From: a virus
DNA length: 33,018 nt
Reading direction: 5' to 3' (one strand)
Virus record (IMG/VR): IMGVR_UViG_3300044677_000044
Location: 1-33,018 of that record
Part shown: positions 16,141 to 24,812 of the stretch, piece by piece
Layout of the letters: each line of letters opens with the position of its first letter
How positions within the stretch are numbered: the stretch's first letter is position 1
Program-made: the position numbers and the translations under genes
Notes under the pieces: model-generated
What the model was told of the DNA's origin: nothing
Database searches by the model: none
What the model saw: the letters and a program-made list of their open reading frames with translations, nothing else

Positions 16141-17900
16141 GCTGCGGCCCTGGCGGTGTGGATGCTGGCCCGCAGTCGGGATCCGATCCAGGCTCCGACC
16201 TGTTGGGATACGGCGTTGCCGAACCCGTCCACCTGGTTCCTGGCAGAGCCCCAGACGATGAAGGTGCCCTGGTGGTCGGCGAAGTCGACATCGAAGCCGC
16301 AGCCGCGGCCGACCTCGTACGCCTTCATCATTCGGAAGTAGCAGTCCTCCAGCGGCAGCTCGGCGAGCGATGCCCGCCACTGGGCCAGGAGCAGCCCTGT
16401 CGTGTCGTGGGCGGTGAGGGTGCCGAGCGGGTCGGTGAGCGGGTGGGGCGCGGTCTCGTTCCCTGTCGATCCGTTCTGCTTGAACCAGCCGGCGGCCGAG
16501 AGCAGCCCTGGGATCTGATCCGAGGTGACCGTCGGCATGGCCTCGCCGTGCACCGTGGGCACGGTGTTCTGCCGGAACGGGACGATGCCGGAGGACACCA
16601 CGGCGAGCGTCTCCGAGCCGACCTGAGTGGGCAGCGGCTCGCCGGCACTGCGCGGGCCGCCCTGGTAGTTGTCCACAGCGAGCGCGATCGGCGGGGTGAT
16701 CAGGCCAGTGGTGTTGGTGGCGGGCTGGGCCCACAGCGGCTGGTCGAGGCCGCGGCTACGGCAGTCGGAGCCGGGCCGTTCGAAGGTGTTGCCCGCGGCC
16801 GCGAGGATCGCGCCGGTCGACAGGAGAGCGGTCTCCTGCTGGCTGGTCTGCGTTGCCATCGGCTGCCACGGATGCCGCTCCGAGCCGTGCACCGACTTCG
16901 CCGGCATGAGCACCGCGGGGAAGTCGGCGAACCGCTGTCGGCAGCGCTCGGCGCGGGCCATCGTCGCCGGCGCGAGTGGCTTGGGGCGATCCCCGATGCG
17001 GGTCCCGAGGTCGGTCAAGTCAAGCGCGACCAGCGACGGCGTCATCGGCGGAATGACCGGGGTGCGGCACGATGGGCACCTGTATTCGTACTGCTTGCCG
17101 TAGCGCACCGATCCGGTGGGCGGGATCCCGGTGCGCCACGTCCACACCGCCTCGACGTCCTTGTCGCAGCGCAGGCACCGTGTCACCGGCCTGTGATCGA
17201 GATCGGGTTCGGGGAGAGACCTGTCCCAAAAAGCGATGTACAGCCGGTCGCGTGACTGCGGCACACCGAAGAACATCGAGTTCAGGTACAGCACCTTATG
17301 CCGGTAGTTGAGCAGGTCGAACTGCTTGAGCCACCAGCGGTAGGTCGTGCCGTCGCCGATCTTCGGGCGGTTGGGAATCGCCGGGCCCCACGACGTCAGC
17401 TCGGTCGTGCACTCGATGAGGATCAGCCGCGGGTGGTGCTTGGCGGCATAGTGGAGCACGCAGTTTGCTGTCGCGCGGTCGCGCTCGGACCGTGTGACGC
17501 GCTCCTCGAAGTCGGGGTCTTCCATGCCGAACAAGGTCAGGCCCTGCTCGTACGCCTTGATCGTGTTCGCCTGCGAGTGGTTGACGCAGCTCACACCCGC
17601 GACCAGCAGGTCCGCTGCAGGAAGATCCCGGGCGGAGTGGTAGTCCGCCGCCTCAGGGTCGACCAGGTCGGCGATCCAGTGTTCGGCGTTCGGGTGGTTC
17701 GCTTCGTGGACCTCGACCTTGTAGCTGTTGTGGTTCGCAGCCATGATCGTGGTGAACCCGGCTATCTCGATGCCCTTGGTGAGACCCCCGAACCCGGAGA
17801 ACAGGTCGACCGCGATGAGGTCGTCGTGGCGGAACCGGCGCCGCCGGGTGGCCGGCCGGTGCGTGGCCGTGCGGCTCTTCTTCTTGGACGCGACGGCCAT
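16137..17900 (-). CDS. DNA cytosine-5 methyltransferase
   Basis: Motif I DLFSGFGG, IV GVSCVNHS, VI IECT, VIII PQSRDR, X GNAVS; internal CxxC...CxxC. Confidence 0.9.
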   Translation of the reverse strand: MAVASKKKSRTATHRPATRRRRFRHDDLIAVDLFSGFGGLTKGIEIAGFTTIMAANHNSYKVEVHEANHPNAEHWIADLVDPEAADYHSARDLPAADLLVAGVSCVNHSQANTIKAYEQGLTLFGMEDPDFEERVTRSERDRATANCVLHYAAKHHPRLILIECTTELTSWGPAIPNRPKIGDGTTYRWWLKQFDLLNYRHKVLYLNSMFFGVPQSRDRLYIAFWDRSLPEPDLDHRPVTRCLRCDKDVEAVWTWRTGIPPTGSVRYGKQYEYRCPSCRTPVIPPMTPSLVALDLTDLGTRIGDRPKPLAPATMARAERCRQRFADFPAVLMPAKSVHGSERHPWQPMATQTSQQETALLSTGAILAAAGNTFERPGSDCRSRGLDQPLWAQPATNTTGLITPPIALAVDNYQGGPRSAGEPLPTQVGSETLAVVSSGIVPFRQNTVPTVHGEAMPTVTSDQIPGLLSAAGWFKQNGSTGNETAPHPLTDPLGTLTAHDTTGLLLAQWRASLAELPLEDCYFRMMKAYEVGRGCGFDVDFADHQGTFIVWGSARNQVDGFGNAVSQQVGAWIGSRLRASIHTARAAA

Positions 17901-18226
17901 CAGACGGACCTCCCTGAGGTGAGTGCGGCGGCGCGGGCGCGGCCGGCGTCGGTGATGCGGACCGGGTCGTGGGCGGTGCCGCCGAAGCGGATGAGGTGCT
18001 GGGCACCGAGCGGCCGGAACGTGCGCTCCGCGAACACCGCGCCGGTGTTGGGGTGCTGGAAGAGGCCGCGGCCGCGCCGGTCGAAGAGGACGCCGTCGCC
18101 GTGGTCGTGGGCGGCGATCTGCTGCAGGAGCCGGGCGGAGGCGGCCGGGAGGACGGCTCCGGGCTGGTTTTGGGTGTGCGAGGTCGGACCCGCCGCGTCC
18201 GCGGGGGCCTGGATGGCGGATGCCAT
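17900..18226 (-). CDS. hypothetical protein (winged-helix-like)
   Basis: GGAG RBS, coupled to the MTase; C-terminal VRITDAGR. Confidence 0.7.
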   Translation of the reverse strand: MASAIQAPADAAGPTSHTQNQPGAVLPAASARLLQQIAAHDHGDGVLFDRRGRGLFQHPNTGAVFAERTFRPLGAQHLIRFGGTAHDPVRITDAGRARAAALTSGRSV

Positions 18227-18313
18227 GGAGACTCCAGGTGGGGTGGTGCGCTGCGGCCGGTGCCGCGGGACCCCTTGGGTTGTGGTGCTGGGGGCCCCGC
18301 GCCGGCGGGCGGG

Positions 18314-18940
18314 TTACGCGGTGGTGCTGTCCTGCTTGGACTTCGGCAGGGGGTACGCCTCCATGAGGGCGGCGATCGAGATGGAGGCCGCGGTGAGCTT
18401 GTAGCCGCGGGCCTGAACTGCGGCGGGGTCCTTGCCGAGGTCGTTGGCCGCGTCCCAGATGGCCTTGGGCACGCGGACGTTCAGTCCGATCTTCTCGGTG
18501 TTCGATCCGCGGGGGTCGCGCTGAGGGGCCGGGGGCATCCAGTCGCCGCTGATGAACTCCTCCAGCGACTCCCGGACGGTCCGGGCCATCGCGCCCTCGT
18601 CACCCTCCTCCTTCTCCGCCTCGGCCCGGGCCCGGACGTGCTTCGCGAAGGCCTTGGTGACCCGCAGGCTGTGGTTGGGGTTGGACGCGTACTGGGCGGC
18701 CTGCCGCTCCAGGGCGCGCCGGGCCTCCTGCTCGGCGTAGGCGAAGACCGTTTCGACGGCGTCCAGTTCGGTGGCGCCGGCCGTACGGGCGGCGGCGACC
18801 TGGACACGGGCGGCGGGCAGGGCCTTGTTGAGCAGCGCGGCGTGCCGTGAAGGGGGTCCGGCAGCGGGCATGAAGGGTCCTTCCGGGGGCCGGGTTCCGT
18901 CCCGGCGGCCGGGCGGACGCCCGTGGGGGTTGGTGGGCAC
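18314..18940 (-). CDS. putative ribbon-helix-helix repressor
   Basis: GTG at 18940 after AAGGAGG (alternative ATG start near 18871). Two RHH-like units (SLRVTKAFAKHV...MARTVRESLEEF and LNVRVPKAIWDAA...AASISIAALME). Two operator copies lie directly upstream. Confidence 0.65.
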   Translation of the reverse strand: MPTNPHGRPPGRRDGTRPPEGPFMPAAGPPSRHAALLNKALPAARVQVAAARTAGATELDAVETVFAYAEQEARRALERQAAQYASNPNHSLRVTKAFAKHVRARAEAEKEEGDEGAMARTVRESLEEFISGDWMPPAPQRDPRGSNTEKIGLNVRVPKAIWDAANDLGKDPAAVQARGYKLTAASISIAALMEAYPLPKSKQDSTTA

Positions 18941-18959
18941 GCCCAGTGTCCTCCTTCTT

Positions 18960-18976
18960 TGATTGCGGGTGTAGTC
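18960..18976. promoter_or_regulatory. operator copy 2 (inverted core)
   Basis: TGATTGCGGGTGTAGTC, the reverse complement of GACTACACCCGCAATCA. Confidence 0.65.
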
Positions 18977-19018
18977 GGATAGGGGGCTGTGGGGGCCCCG
19001 CTGATCCCACGATACGTC

Positions 19019-19044
19019 TAAATAACTACACGCGCAATCATTAA
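19019..19044. promoter_or_regulatory. operator copy 3
   Basis: TAAATAACTACACGCGCAATCATTAA. Confidence 0.75.
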
Positions 19045-19197
19045 TGCTGGGCTGGCCGCACCCACCACGTCCAACACCCCCGGGACAACACGAAGGGCCC
19101 CACCCCGCAGGGATGGAGCCCGAACCCCGAACACTCGCCTGGCACAACGCCGCCAGCGTAGCCGATCAACTCCCCCCGCGCCCACCACACCACCAGA

Positions 19198-20163
19198 TCA
19201 CACCACCGCCAACACCCCGCCCTCCTCCGGCTCGACGACCGCACGGCGCAGCTGCTCCAGCGTCGTCGGCATCGGCTCCCACCCGCCACGGCCCCCCATC
19301 AGCGTGTTCAGCGCCCACATCCCCCGGGAGTACGCCTTACGGATCCCCTGCGCCCGCAGCGCGAACCCCTGAGTGTCCTGCCACTGGTTGGGGAGCATCG
19401 ACACCCACAACGCGGCCTGCGTGCCCTCCAGCGCGGCCACCAGGTCCCGGCGCACCAGCAGCCACCGCCGCAGCGCCACCCGCGTGCCGTCCGACAGCGC
19501 ACACACCTCCTGCACCGGGTCGCCCGTGCCGTTCTGCGGCACCCGCCGCACCAGCACCTCACCCAACCCCTCCCCGAGGTCGTCCAGGCGCATCGCCTCC
19601 AACTCCGCGGAGCGGCACCCGGTGTCCAGGACCACGGACACGATCGCGAGGAGCCGCACCCGGTCCTCGTACCTCAGCCTCGTACCGTCCCGCTCACCCG
19701 GCGCCCCCGCAGCCATCTCCGCCAACTCCCGGTACAGCGCCCGGAACTGCCCGCGCGGCGCGACCGGCCGCGGCTCCTGCTGCACCACCACCGGCAACTC
19801 CACCACACGACCGGGCACCACCAGCTCCGCGAGGATGCCCAGGCAGTCCCGCACCACCCGCTGCGACGCGATCGTCAACGGCCGGCCCACATCATGCTCC
19901 AGGAGCCGCAGCCTCCCCGCGACCGCCAGATCCCAGAACACCTCCAGCACGCCCGTGTCGAACAGGCCGGCCGCACCCACACCCGGCCGGACCCCATCCG
20001 CCGGCCACACCGGCAGCGCCCGCTCCCACATGCCCACGACCATCCGCAACTGCCGGTACCGGGACGCCGACACCTCCCCGGCCACACCAGCCACCCGGCG
20101 CTCCAGCACCCGCACCGCGACCGCCCGGCGAATACCCGCCCCGCGCGCCACCATCTCCGTCAT
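19198..20163 (-). CDS. tyrosine-recombinase-fold protein lacking the C-terminal catalytic box
   Basis: Box I DTGCRSAELEAMRLDDL is present. EQLRR stands where HxLR is expected, and the stop follows 14 aa later. Start uncertain (20214/20163/20154). Confidence 0.75.
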   Translation of the reverse strand: MTEMVARGAGIRRAVAVRVLERRVAGVAGEVSASRYRQLRMVVGMWERALPVWPADGVRPGVGAAGLFDTGVLEVFWDLAVAGRLRLLEHDVGRPLTIASQRVVRDCLGILAELVVPGRVVELPVVVQQEPRPVAPRGQFRALYRELAEMAAGAPGERDGTRLRYEDRVRLLAIVSVVLDTGCRSAELEAMRLDDLGEGLGEVLVRRVPQNGTGDPVQEVCALSDGTRVALRRWLLVRRDLVAALEGTQAALWVSMLPNQWQDTQGFALRAQGIRKAYSRGMWALNTLMGGRGGWEPMPTTLEQLRRAVVEPEEGGVLAVV

Positions 20164-20203
20164 ACCGACAGCGTCCCACGCCGAGCCCTGGCAGGATCGG
20201 CAG

Positions 20204-21187
20204 ATGCTCATCACCCCGCGGCCCGGTGCTCACCGCGACAACATCCTCCGCACCCTCCGGGACGTCCACACCTCAGCGATGAACGCCCAGAGCGCCGGAC
20301 CGTCCACTGCCTACCAGCGGCTCCTGACCTACCTGGAATGGGCCAGCGACTCCGTCCGGGTCCTGCGCAGCCAGGTCAGCGACACCGACCTCGACCAACT
20401 CATCCTCACCCGCCGCCACAACGTCCTCCTCGACGGCGTCGGCCACCTCGCCGGAAGCGACCAGCAGCGCCTTGTCAACGGCCTGATCAACCAGGAACTC
20501 GCCGAACGCGTCGAAGTCCTCGACGACGCTGTCAACACTCTCCAGAACCAGATAGGCCGCTGGGGCGGCCAGGCCACATTCGTCATCCCCGACAGCAGCT
20601 TCTACATCCACCACCCCACCAGATTCGATGAGGTCGACTACCCGGCGCTGCTCGGCACGCTCCCGGACGAGGGCGTGCACCTCCTCCTGCCGATCGTCAT
20701 CGTCGACGAACTCGACGGGTTGAAGGAGACGAAGAATGCGCGGGCCCGCTACCGCGCCGGCTACACCCTCGCTGTCCTCGACCGCATCCTCGACGATCGC
20801 GGCCACGGCACCCTGCACCCGCAGGACACCACCGACCTGACTGGCCTGGGCGGCATCCGCGGCGCGGTCACCACCGAAATTCTCTTCGACCCACCCGGCC
20901 ACGCCCGCCTGCCCATCAACGACGACGAGATCATCGACCGGGCCCTCGCCATCCAGGCCCTCGCAGGCCGCCGCGTACGGATCCTTACCTACGACACCGG
21001 GCAGGCCACCCGAGCCCGCACCGCCGGCCTGCCCGTCACGAAGCTGCGGGATGACGCCGGCACCGGAGAAGAACCCGACTGGGCTGCTATCGACGCCGCA
21101 CAGAACAACGGCACCGGAACCCGAGCACAACGCCGGGCCAGGAGGGAAGCCGCAGCGCAAGAGGACCCCCCAGCGACTGGGGAGTGA
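20204..21187 (+). CDS. PIN-domain ribonuclease with N-terminal helical domain
   Basis: Acidic tetrad VIPDSS, VDELDGLK, NDDEII, LTYDTG. ATG at 20204 after GGA. Confidence 0.85.
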   Translation: MLITPRPGAHRDNILRTLRDVHTSAMNAQSAGPSTAYQRLLTYLEWASDSVRVLRSQVSDTDLDQLILTRRHNVLLDGVGHLAGSDQQRLVNGLINQELAERVEVLDDAVNTLQNQIGRWGGQATFVIPDSSFYIHHPTRFDEVDYPALLGTLPDEGVHLLLPIVIVDELDGLKETKNARARYRAGYTLAVLDRILDDRGHGTLHPQDTTDLTGLGGIRGAVTTEILFDPPGHARLPINDDEIIDRALAIQALAGRRVRILTYDTGQATRARTAGLPVTKLRDDAGTGEEPDWAAIDAAQNNGTGTRAQRRARREAAAQEDPPATGE

Positions 21188-21238
21188 ACTGCAGTAGGCG
21201 CTGTCGATTGGTGAGACGGCAGCAGGTCGCCAGGGAGG

Positions 21239-22339
21239 TCACGGGGCTTCTTCGCCCTCAGCGTCGAGGCGCTCGGCCATGCGCGCGGCAATGCCGTACC
21301 CGGGGCTGTTGGCCAGACGACCCTTGCGCCGGTTGTACCGCTGAGTGGTGCGTGGGTCCTTGTGGTCGGCGAAGTCCTGCACGACGTGCAGTTTGGCCGT
21401 GGGATCGTCCAGGGCGTGCGTGACCGCGTCGTGTTTGAGGACGTGCGGGTGGAACGACGCCGCGTGCGGCAGGCCGGCCTTCGTGGCGAGGCGCCGGGCG
21501 AGCTTCCATACGTTCGCGCCGCTCAGCGGCAGGCCAGTACGGGTGGCGAACAGAGGCCCGGTGGTGCGGCCTGCGAGGTAGGTGTCGATGGCGTGGCCGG
21601 TCACCGGCGGGATCGGCTTCTTCTTCCGCCGGCCGCCCTTGAGCCGCACGTTCAGCGTGCGGTGTCCCACGTCATACCCCAGGTCCTCGACCTGCGCGCC
21701 GAGCGCGGAGTCGACGCGCAGCGCCATCGAGTACATGGCCAGGAACAGGGCGTAGGAGCGCGGGGAATCGGCGCGGGCCGCAGCCAGGAACCGGGCGGAC
21801 TCCTCCTCGGTCGAGCCCTCGGTGTCTGAGTAGTCCGGGTCGATGTCGGGCCGCAGAACCAGCGCGAACGGGTCGAACTCGGCCGCGCGCGCCCGCACGG
21901 CGTAGGTGTAGAAGGACGAGCACGCAGACAGGACGTTCGCCCGGGCGGCGTCGGACCGCGGCGGGCCGCCCGGCGCGTACTCGCCGCGGGCGCCGCCCTT
22001 GACCGGGATGAGAGTGGGCGCGGTCTCCAGGTACCGGGAGAACGCCTCCGCCAGCGGGAACCGGGCGGCGAGCGGGTGGGTACCGGTCGCGCGGGCGTAG
22101 CCCTCCCAGAGGCGGAACTGCCGGACGTACGTACGCCGGGTGTTGGGGGTCTTCTGCCGGGCGATCCATGCGCCGGCCAGCCCGGGGAAGGTGTCTCCGG
22201 CGGGGTAGTGCGCCGCGAACTCGGCGGCGAGCGCGCGGGCCTCGTCCGGCCAGTCCTCGGTCGGGTCCCGGCGACCGGTGTCCAGAACTCCGGCCTGGTC
22301 CCGGGGGACGAGTTCGGTGCTCACGGGCATGTCCGTCAT
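21239..22339 (-). CDS. tyrosine recombinase (Xer/Cre-like resolvase)
   Basis: NTRRTY core-binding motif; catalytic ALRVDS, LKGG, HVLKH, ADH and TTQRY. Confidence 0.92.
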   Translation of the reverse strand: MTDMPVSTELVPRDQAGVLDTGRRDPTEDWPDEARALAAEFAAHYPAGDTFPGLAGAWIARQKTPNTRRTYVRQFRLWEGYARATGTHPLAARFPLAEAFSRYLETAPTLIPVKGGARGEYAPGGPPRSDAARANVLSACSSFYTYAVRARAAEFDPFALVLRPDIDPDYSDTEGSTEEESARFLAAARADSPRSYALFLAMYSMALRVDSALGAQVEDLGYDVGHRTLNVRLKGGRRKKKPIPPVTGHAIDTYLAGRTTGPLFATRTGLPLSGANVWKLARRLATKAGLPHAASFHPHVLKHDAVTHALDDPTAKLHVVQDFADHKDPRTTQRYNRRKGRLANSPGYGIAARMAERLDAEGEEAP

Positions 22340-22908
22340 CGGTTCCGCCGGAAGGGGTCGGGCTCGGTGCCCTGGAGCACACCGTGCACGAGGTGGGCGA
22401 CCTCGGCGGCGCCAGCGACAGTCGCGGGCGCGTGGATGGCGTGGACGCGGGTTTGCTCGGAGTTGGCCATCAGCTCCCAGCCGCTGTCGACATACATGGC
22501 GACCGCGAGGCCGCGGCCCATCCCCCAGGTGGGTCCGCCGGGCAGCGGCGCGACACCGATGCCCATCCGGACCGGGGTGGGCACGATCTCCAGCCCTTCG
22601 GCGGCCAGGGCGGTGCGCAGTTCGCCGACCAGGCTGTGCAGTTGGGCGGAGGTTCGCTCCTGCTTCGGGCGGCCGCCGTACTGGCGGGAGACGGATTCGG
22701 CGGCGGCCAGGGTGAGCCAGCCGTCGAAGTTGGCCGCGGCTCGGTCCAGTCCGCACTGCTCGGCGGTGTCGAGGTAGGCGTCCAGGAGGGCAGCGGCCTC
22801 GGTGATGATGCTGGGCGCGTACAGCCCGCTGTATCCGGCGAGAACCTTGCGGACCTTCTCGGCGGAGTCGCTGGCCGACGACGGCAGGATGGATTCGGTG
22901 TCGGCCAT
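22336..22908 (-). CDS. hypothetical protein
   Basis: AAGGAG RBS; ATGA overlap with the recombinase. Confidence 0.75.
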   Translation of the reverse strand: MADTESILPSSASDSAEKVRKVLAGYSGLYAPSIITEAAALLDAYLDTAEQCGLDRAAANFDGWLTLAAAESVSRQYGGRPKQERTSAQLHSLVGELRTALAAEGLEIVPTPVRMGIGVAPLPGGPTWGMGRGLAVAMYVDSGWELMANSEQTRVHAIHAPATVAGAAEVAHLVHGVLQGTEPDPFRRNR

Positions 22909-22911
22909 CGG

Positions 22912-23283
22912 TCAGTTCTCCTTGGGGGTGTCGGCGGCCGCGTCGGGGAGTTCGTGGGCGGAGAGTGCGAAGTCTGGATGGTAGTCGGGGTGATCGCGCC
23001 ACGCGCGCGCGATGAGCTGCAGTTCCCACCAGGCGGCCGCCGCGGTCTCCTTCTGCCGCGTCGCATGGTCGCGGGTCGCCTGACCGTCCGGGTCGAGTTC
23101 GGGGTAGGGCCACGGTTCGGGGGTGATGAGTTCGGCGCGGGCGCGGATGACGCTGTGCACGCTGTCGAGTGCGCGCAGCGCGCGGGATGCGTCGTCCTGG
23201 CCGACCCGGCTCGCGCGGGCTTCTTCGATGCGGGCCTCGGTGAAGGCGGTGATGCGTTCGACGTGTGTGGCGGTGAGGGGCAC
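22912..23283 (-). CDS. hypothetical protein (DUF6221-like C-terminus)
   Basis: AGGAG RBS; C-terminal L..IARAWRDHPDY. Confidence 0.7.
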   Translation of the reverse strand: MPLTATHVERITAFTEARIEEARASRVGQDDASRALRALDSVHSVIRARAELITPEPWPYPELDPDGQATRDHATRQKETAAAAWWELQLIARAWRDHPDYHPDFALSAHELPDAAADTPKEN

Positions 23284-23333
23284 GCGGTCTCCTGAAGGGG
23301 GTGGGCGGGCCGTTGTGACCCTCCCTCAGTCTA

Positions 23334-23361
23334 GTACGAGATAACAGTAATTATCTGGTAG
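23334..23361. other. dif/loxP-like tyrosine recombinase site
   Basis: GTACGAGATAA-CAGTAA-TTATCTGGTAG: 11-bp arms (9/11 inverted match) around a 6-bp spacer, upstream of the recombinase operon. Confidence 0.7.
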
Positions 23362-23400
23362 TTGCTCATGGAGGTGCCCGGTGATCAGCAATGGGACGAG

Positions 23401-23619
23401 CGTTCGATTCTTCGCCAGGAGCCGTTCTGAGGATCAGCGCCCCGGGCGGACCGTGACCTGTCGGCGGTGAGCGCATGTCCGCTCTGTCGCAATCACGTGG
23501 TTATTGTGGATTTTATACATGGCTACCGCCGGTAGCACCCCACGAACCGTCAAAACCACGAGCAGATCCAGCAGTCCGCGACCTGACACCCCGTCGGAAC
23601 GCACGTTCGATTCTTCGCC
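23401..23619 (+). repeat. 16-bp direct repeat overlapping degenerate SOS boxes
   Basis: CGTTCGATTCTTCGCC at 23401-23416 and 23604-23619. Confidence 0.6.
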
Positions 23620-23656
23620 CTGCGCGACCCTAAGGACCGACCGCCCCAACAACGCA

Positions 23657-23689
23657 CGGTGCCCCGGACCGGGATGGTCCGGGGCACCG
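23657..23689 (-). terminator. hairpin terminator
   Basis: 14-bp perfect stem CGGTGCCCCGGACC/GGTCCGGGGCACCG just after the stop at 23700. Confidence 0.7.
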
Positions 23690-23699
23690 ACGTGCCAGC

Positions 23700-23936
23700 T
23701 CACGCCAGCGAAGCGAACAGGTCGCCCTGCGCCTCCTCCCACGCGGCCGTGCCGATCACGGCTTCGGCCTCCGCGCCCTGGGCGTCGGTGCGCCAGATGA
23801 CCAGGGCCCCGCTGGGGTGCACCGAGTAGCTGTATGCCACGCCCTCGCGGTCCTCGTACCGTCGGGTCCGTTCTACGTCTTCGTCCTGGAGGTCTACTGG
23901 GATCGTCGCGGGCAGCATTGTTACGTGAACGCTCAT
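23700..23936 (-). CDS. hypothetical protein
   Basis: 78 aa, beta-rich, followed by a terminator. Confidence 0.65.
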   Translation of the reverse strand: MSVHVTMLPATIPVDLQDEDVERTRRYEDREGVAYSYSVHPSGALVIWRTDAQGAEAEAVIGTAAWEEAQGDLFASLA

Positions 23937-24034
23937 GGGGGGACTGTACGTTGAGCTCTCCGCCGCTGGGCCCCGCGTCGCTGGCCGTCCGGTTGCGCGG
24001 TGGCGCGTGAGTGATTCCCCGCTACCGTGGCGGG

Positions 24035-24742
24035 ATGACGACTGAGCGCACGCGAGTGGTGACGGCCACTGCGACCCGGCAGGGCACCGAGAAGAACAAC
24101 GCCGACGGCGCCGCGACGTTCACCACCGAGGCCGGGGACGCGGGCGCAGCCGTCATCGACCTGGTCGGTCACCACAGCAACGCGTCCTTCGTCGCCCGGC
24201 TTCTGGCCGAGACTGCTGCCCGTGTGGGCGTTCAGCGCGGTGGCCCGGCTGGACTCCTGAGCGCGGGCCTGTTGGTGGCCGATGCTGGAGACGCCGACGA
24301 ACTTGAGCCGGACGGGGTGGGCGTGTTCGCCGTCACTCACCCTGGCGACCGCACGGTGATCTCCTGGATCGGTGACTCACACGCCTACGGTTGGAACGGT
24401 GAGCGCCTGCACCGGTACACCACCCCGCACACCTACGGGCAGCAACTCCGTGAGCACGGGGCGCCGTGGGAGATCGCTGAGGCTGCGGATCACTGGCTCA
24501 CGACGACCATCGGCCGCGCCACACCCGCGGGCATCTTCACCATCACCACCGAGGACCCGCTGGTCATTCTCGCGAGCGACGGGACCGACGCCCTCCCAGA
24601 GCAGGACTTGACCGACCTGGTGCGGAAACACGCTGGCACACCGCAGGCCCTCGCCGACGCGATCGTTGCCGCTATCGAACCGGACGACGACGGATACCGC
24701 GACGACACCACCGTGGTCGTCCTGCTTAATCACGCGAGTTGA
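24035..24742 (+). CDS. PP2C/SpoIIE-like phosphatase
   Basis: NAD, VIDLVGH, WIGDSHAY, ILASDG and DDTTVVVL motifs. Confidence 0.85.
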   Translation: MTTERTRVVTATATRQGTEKNNADGAATFTTEAGDAGAAVIDLVGHHSNASFVARLLAETAARVGVQRGGPAGLLSAGLLVADAGDADELEPDGVGVFAVTHPGDRTVISWIGDSHAYGWNGERLHRYTTPHTYGQQLREHGAPWEIAEAADHWLTTTIGRATPAGIFTITTEDPLVILASDGTDALPEQDLTDLVRKHAGTPQALADAIVAAIEPDDDGYRDDTTVVVLLNHAS

Positions 24743-24812
24743 CCACAATGTGCTGGGTGGAGTTGCTCTCCGGGTAATCTGAGCGCCTGGCCCAGGGAGG
24801 AACGAACGGTCG

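Noticed and set aside
16669-16677. DnaA box TTGTCCACA inside the C5 methyltransferase
   Set aside because: Isolated and explained by codons for VDN. It also shows that the single box in rep could be chance.
23401-23619. tRNA gene or tRNA-derived att core suggested by GTTCGATTC
   Set aside because: No T-stem pairing, cloverleaf or CCA end around either copy.
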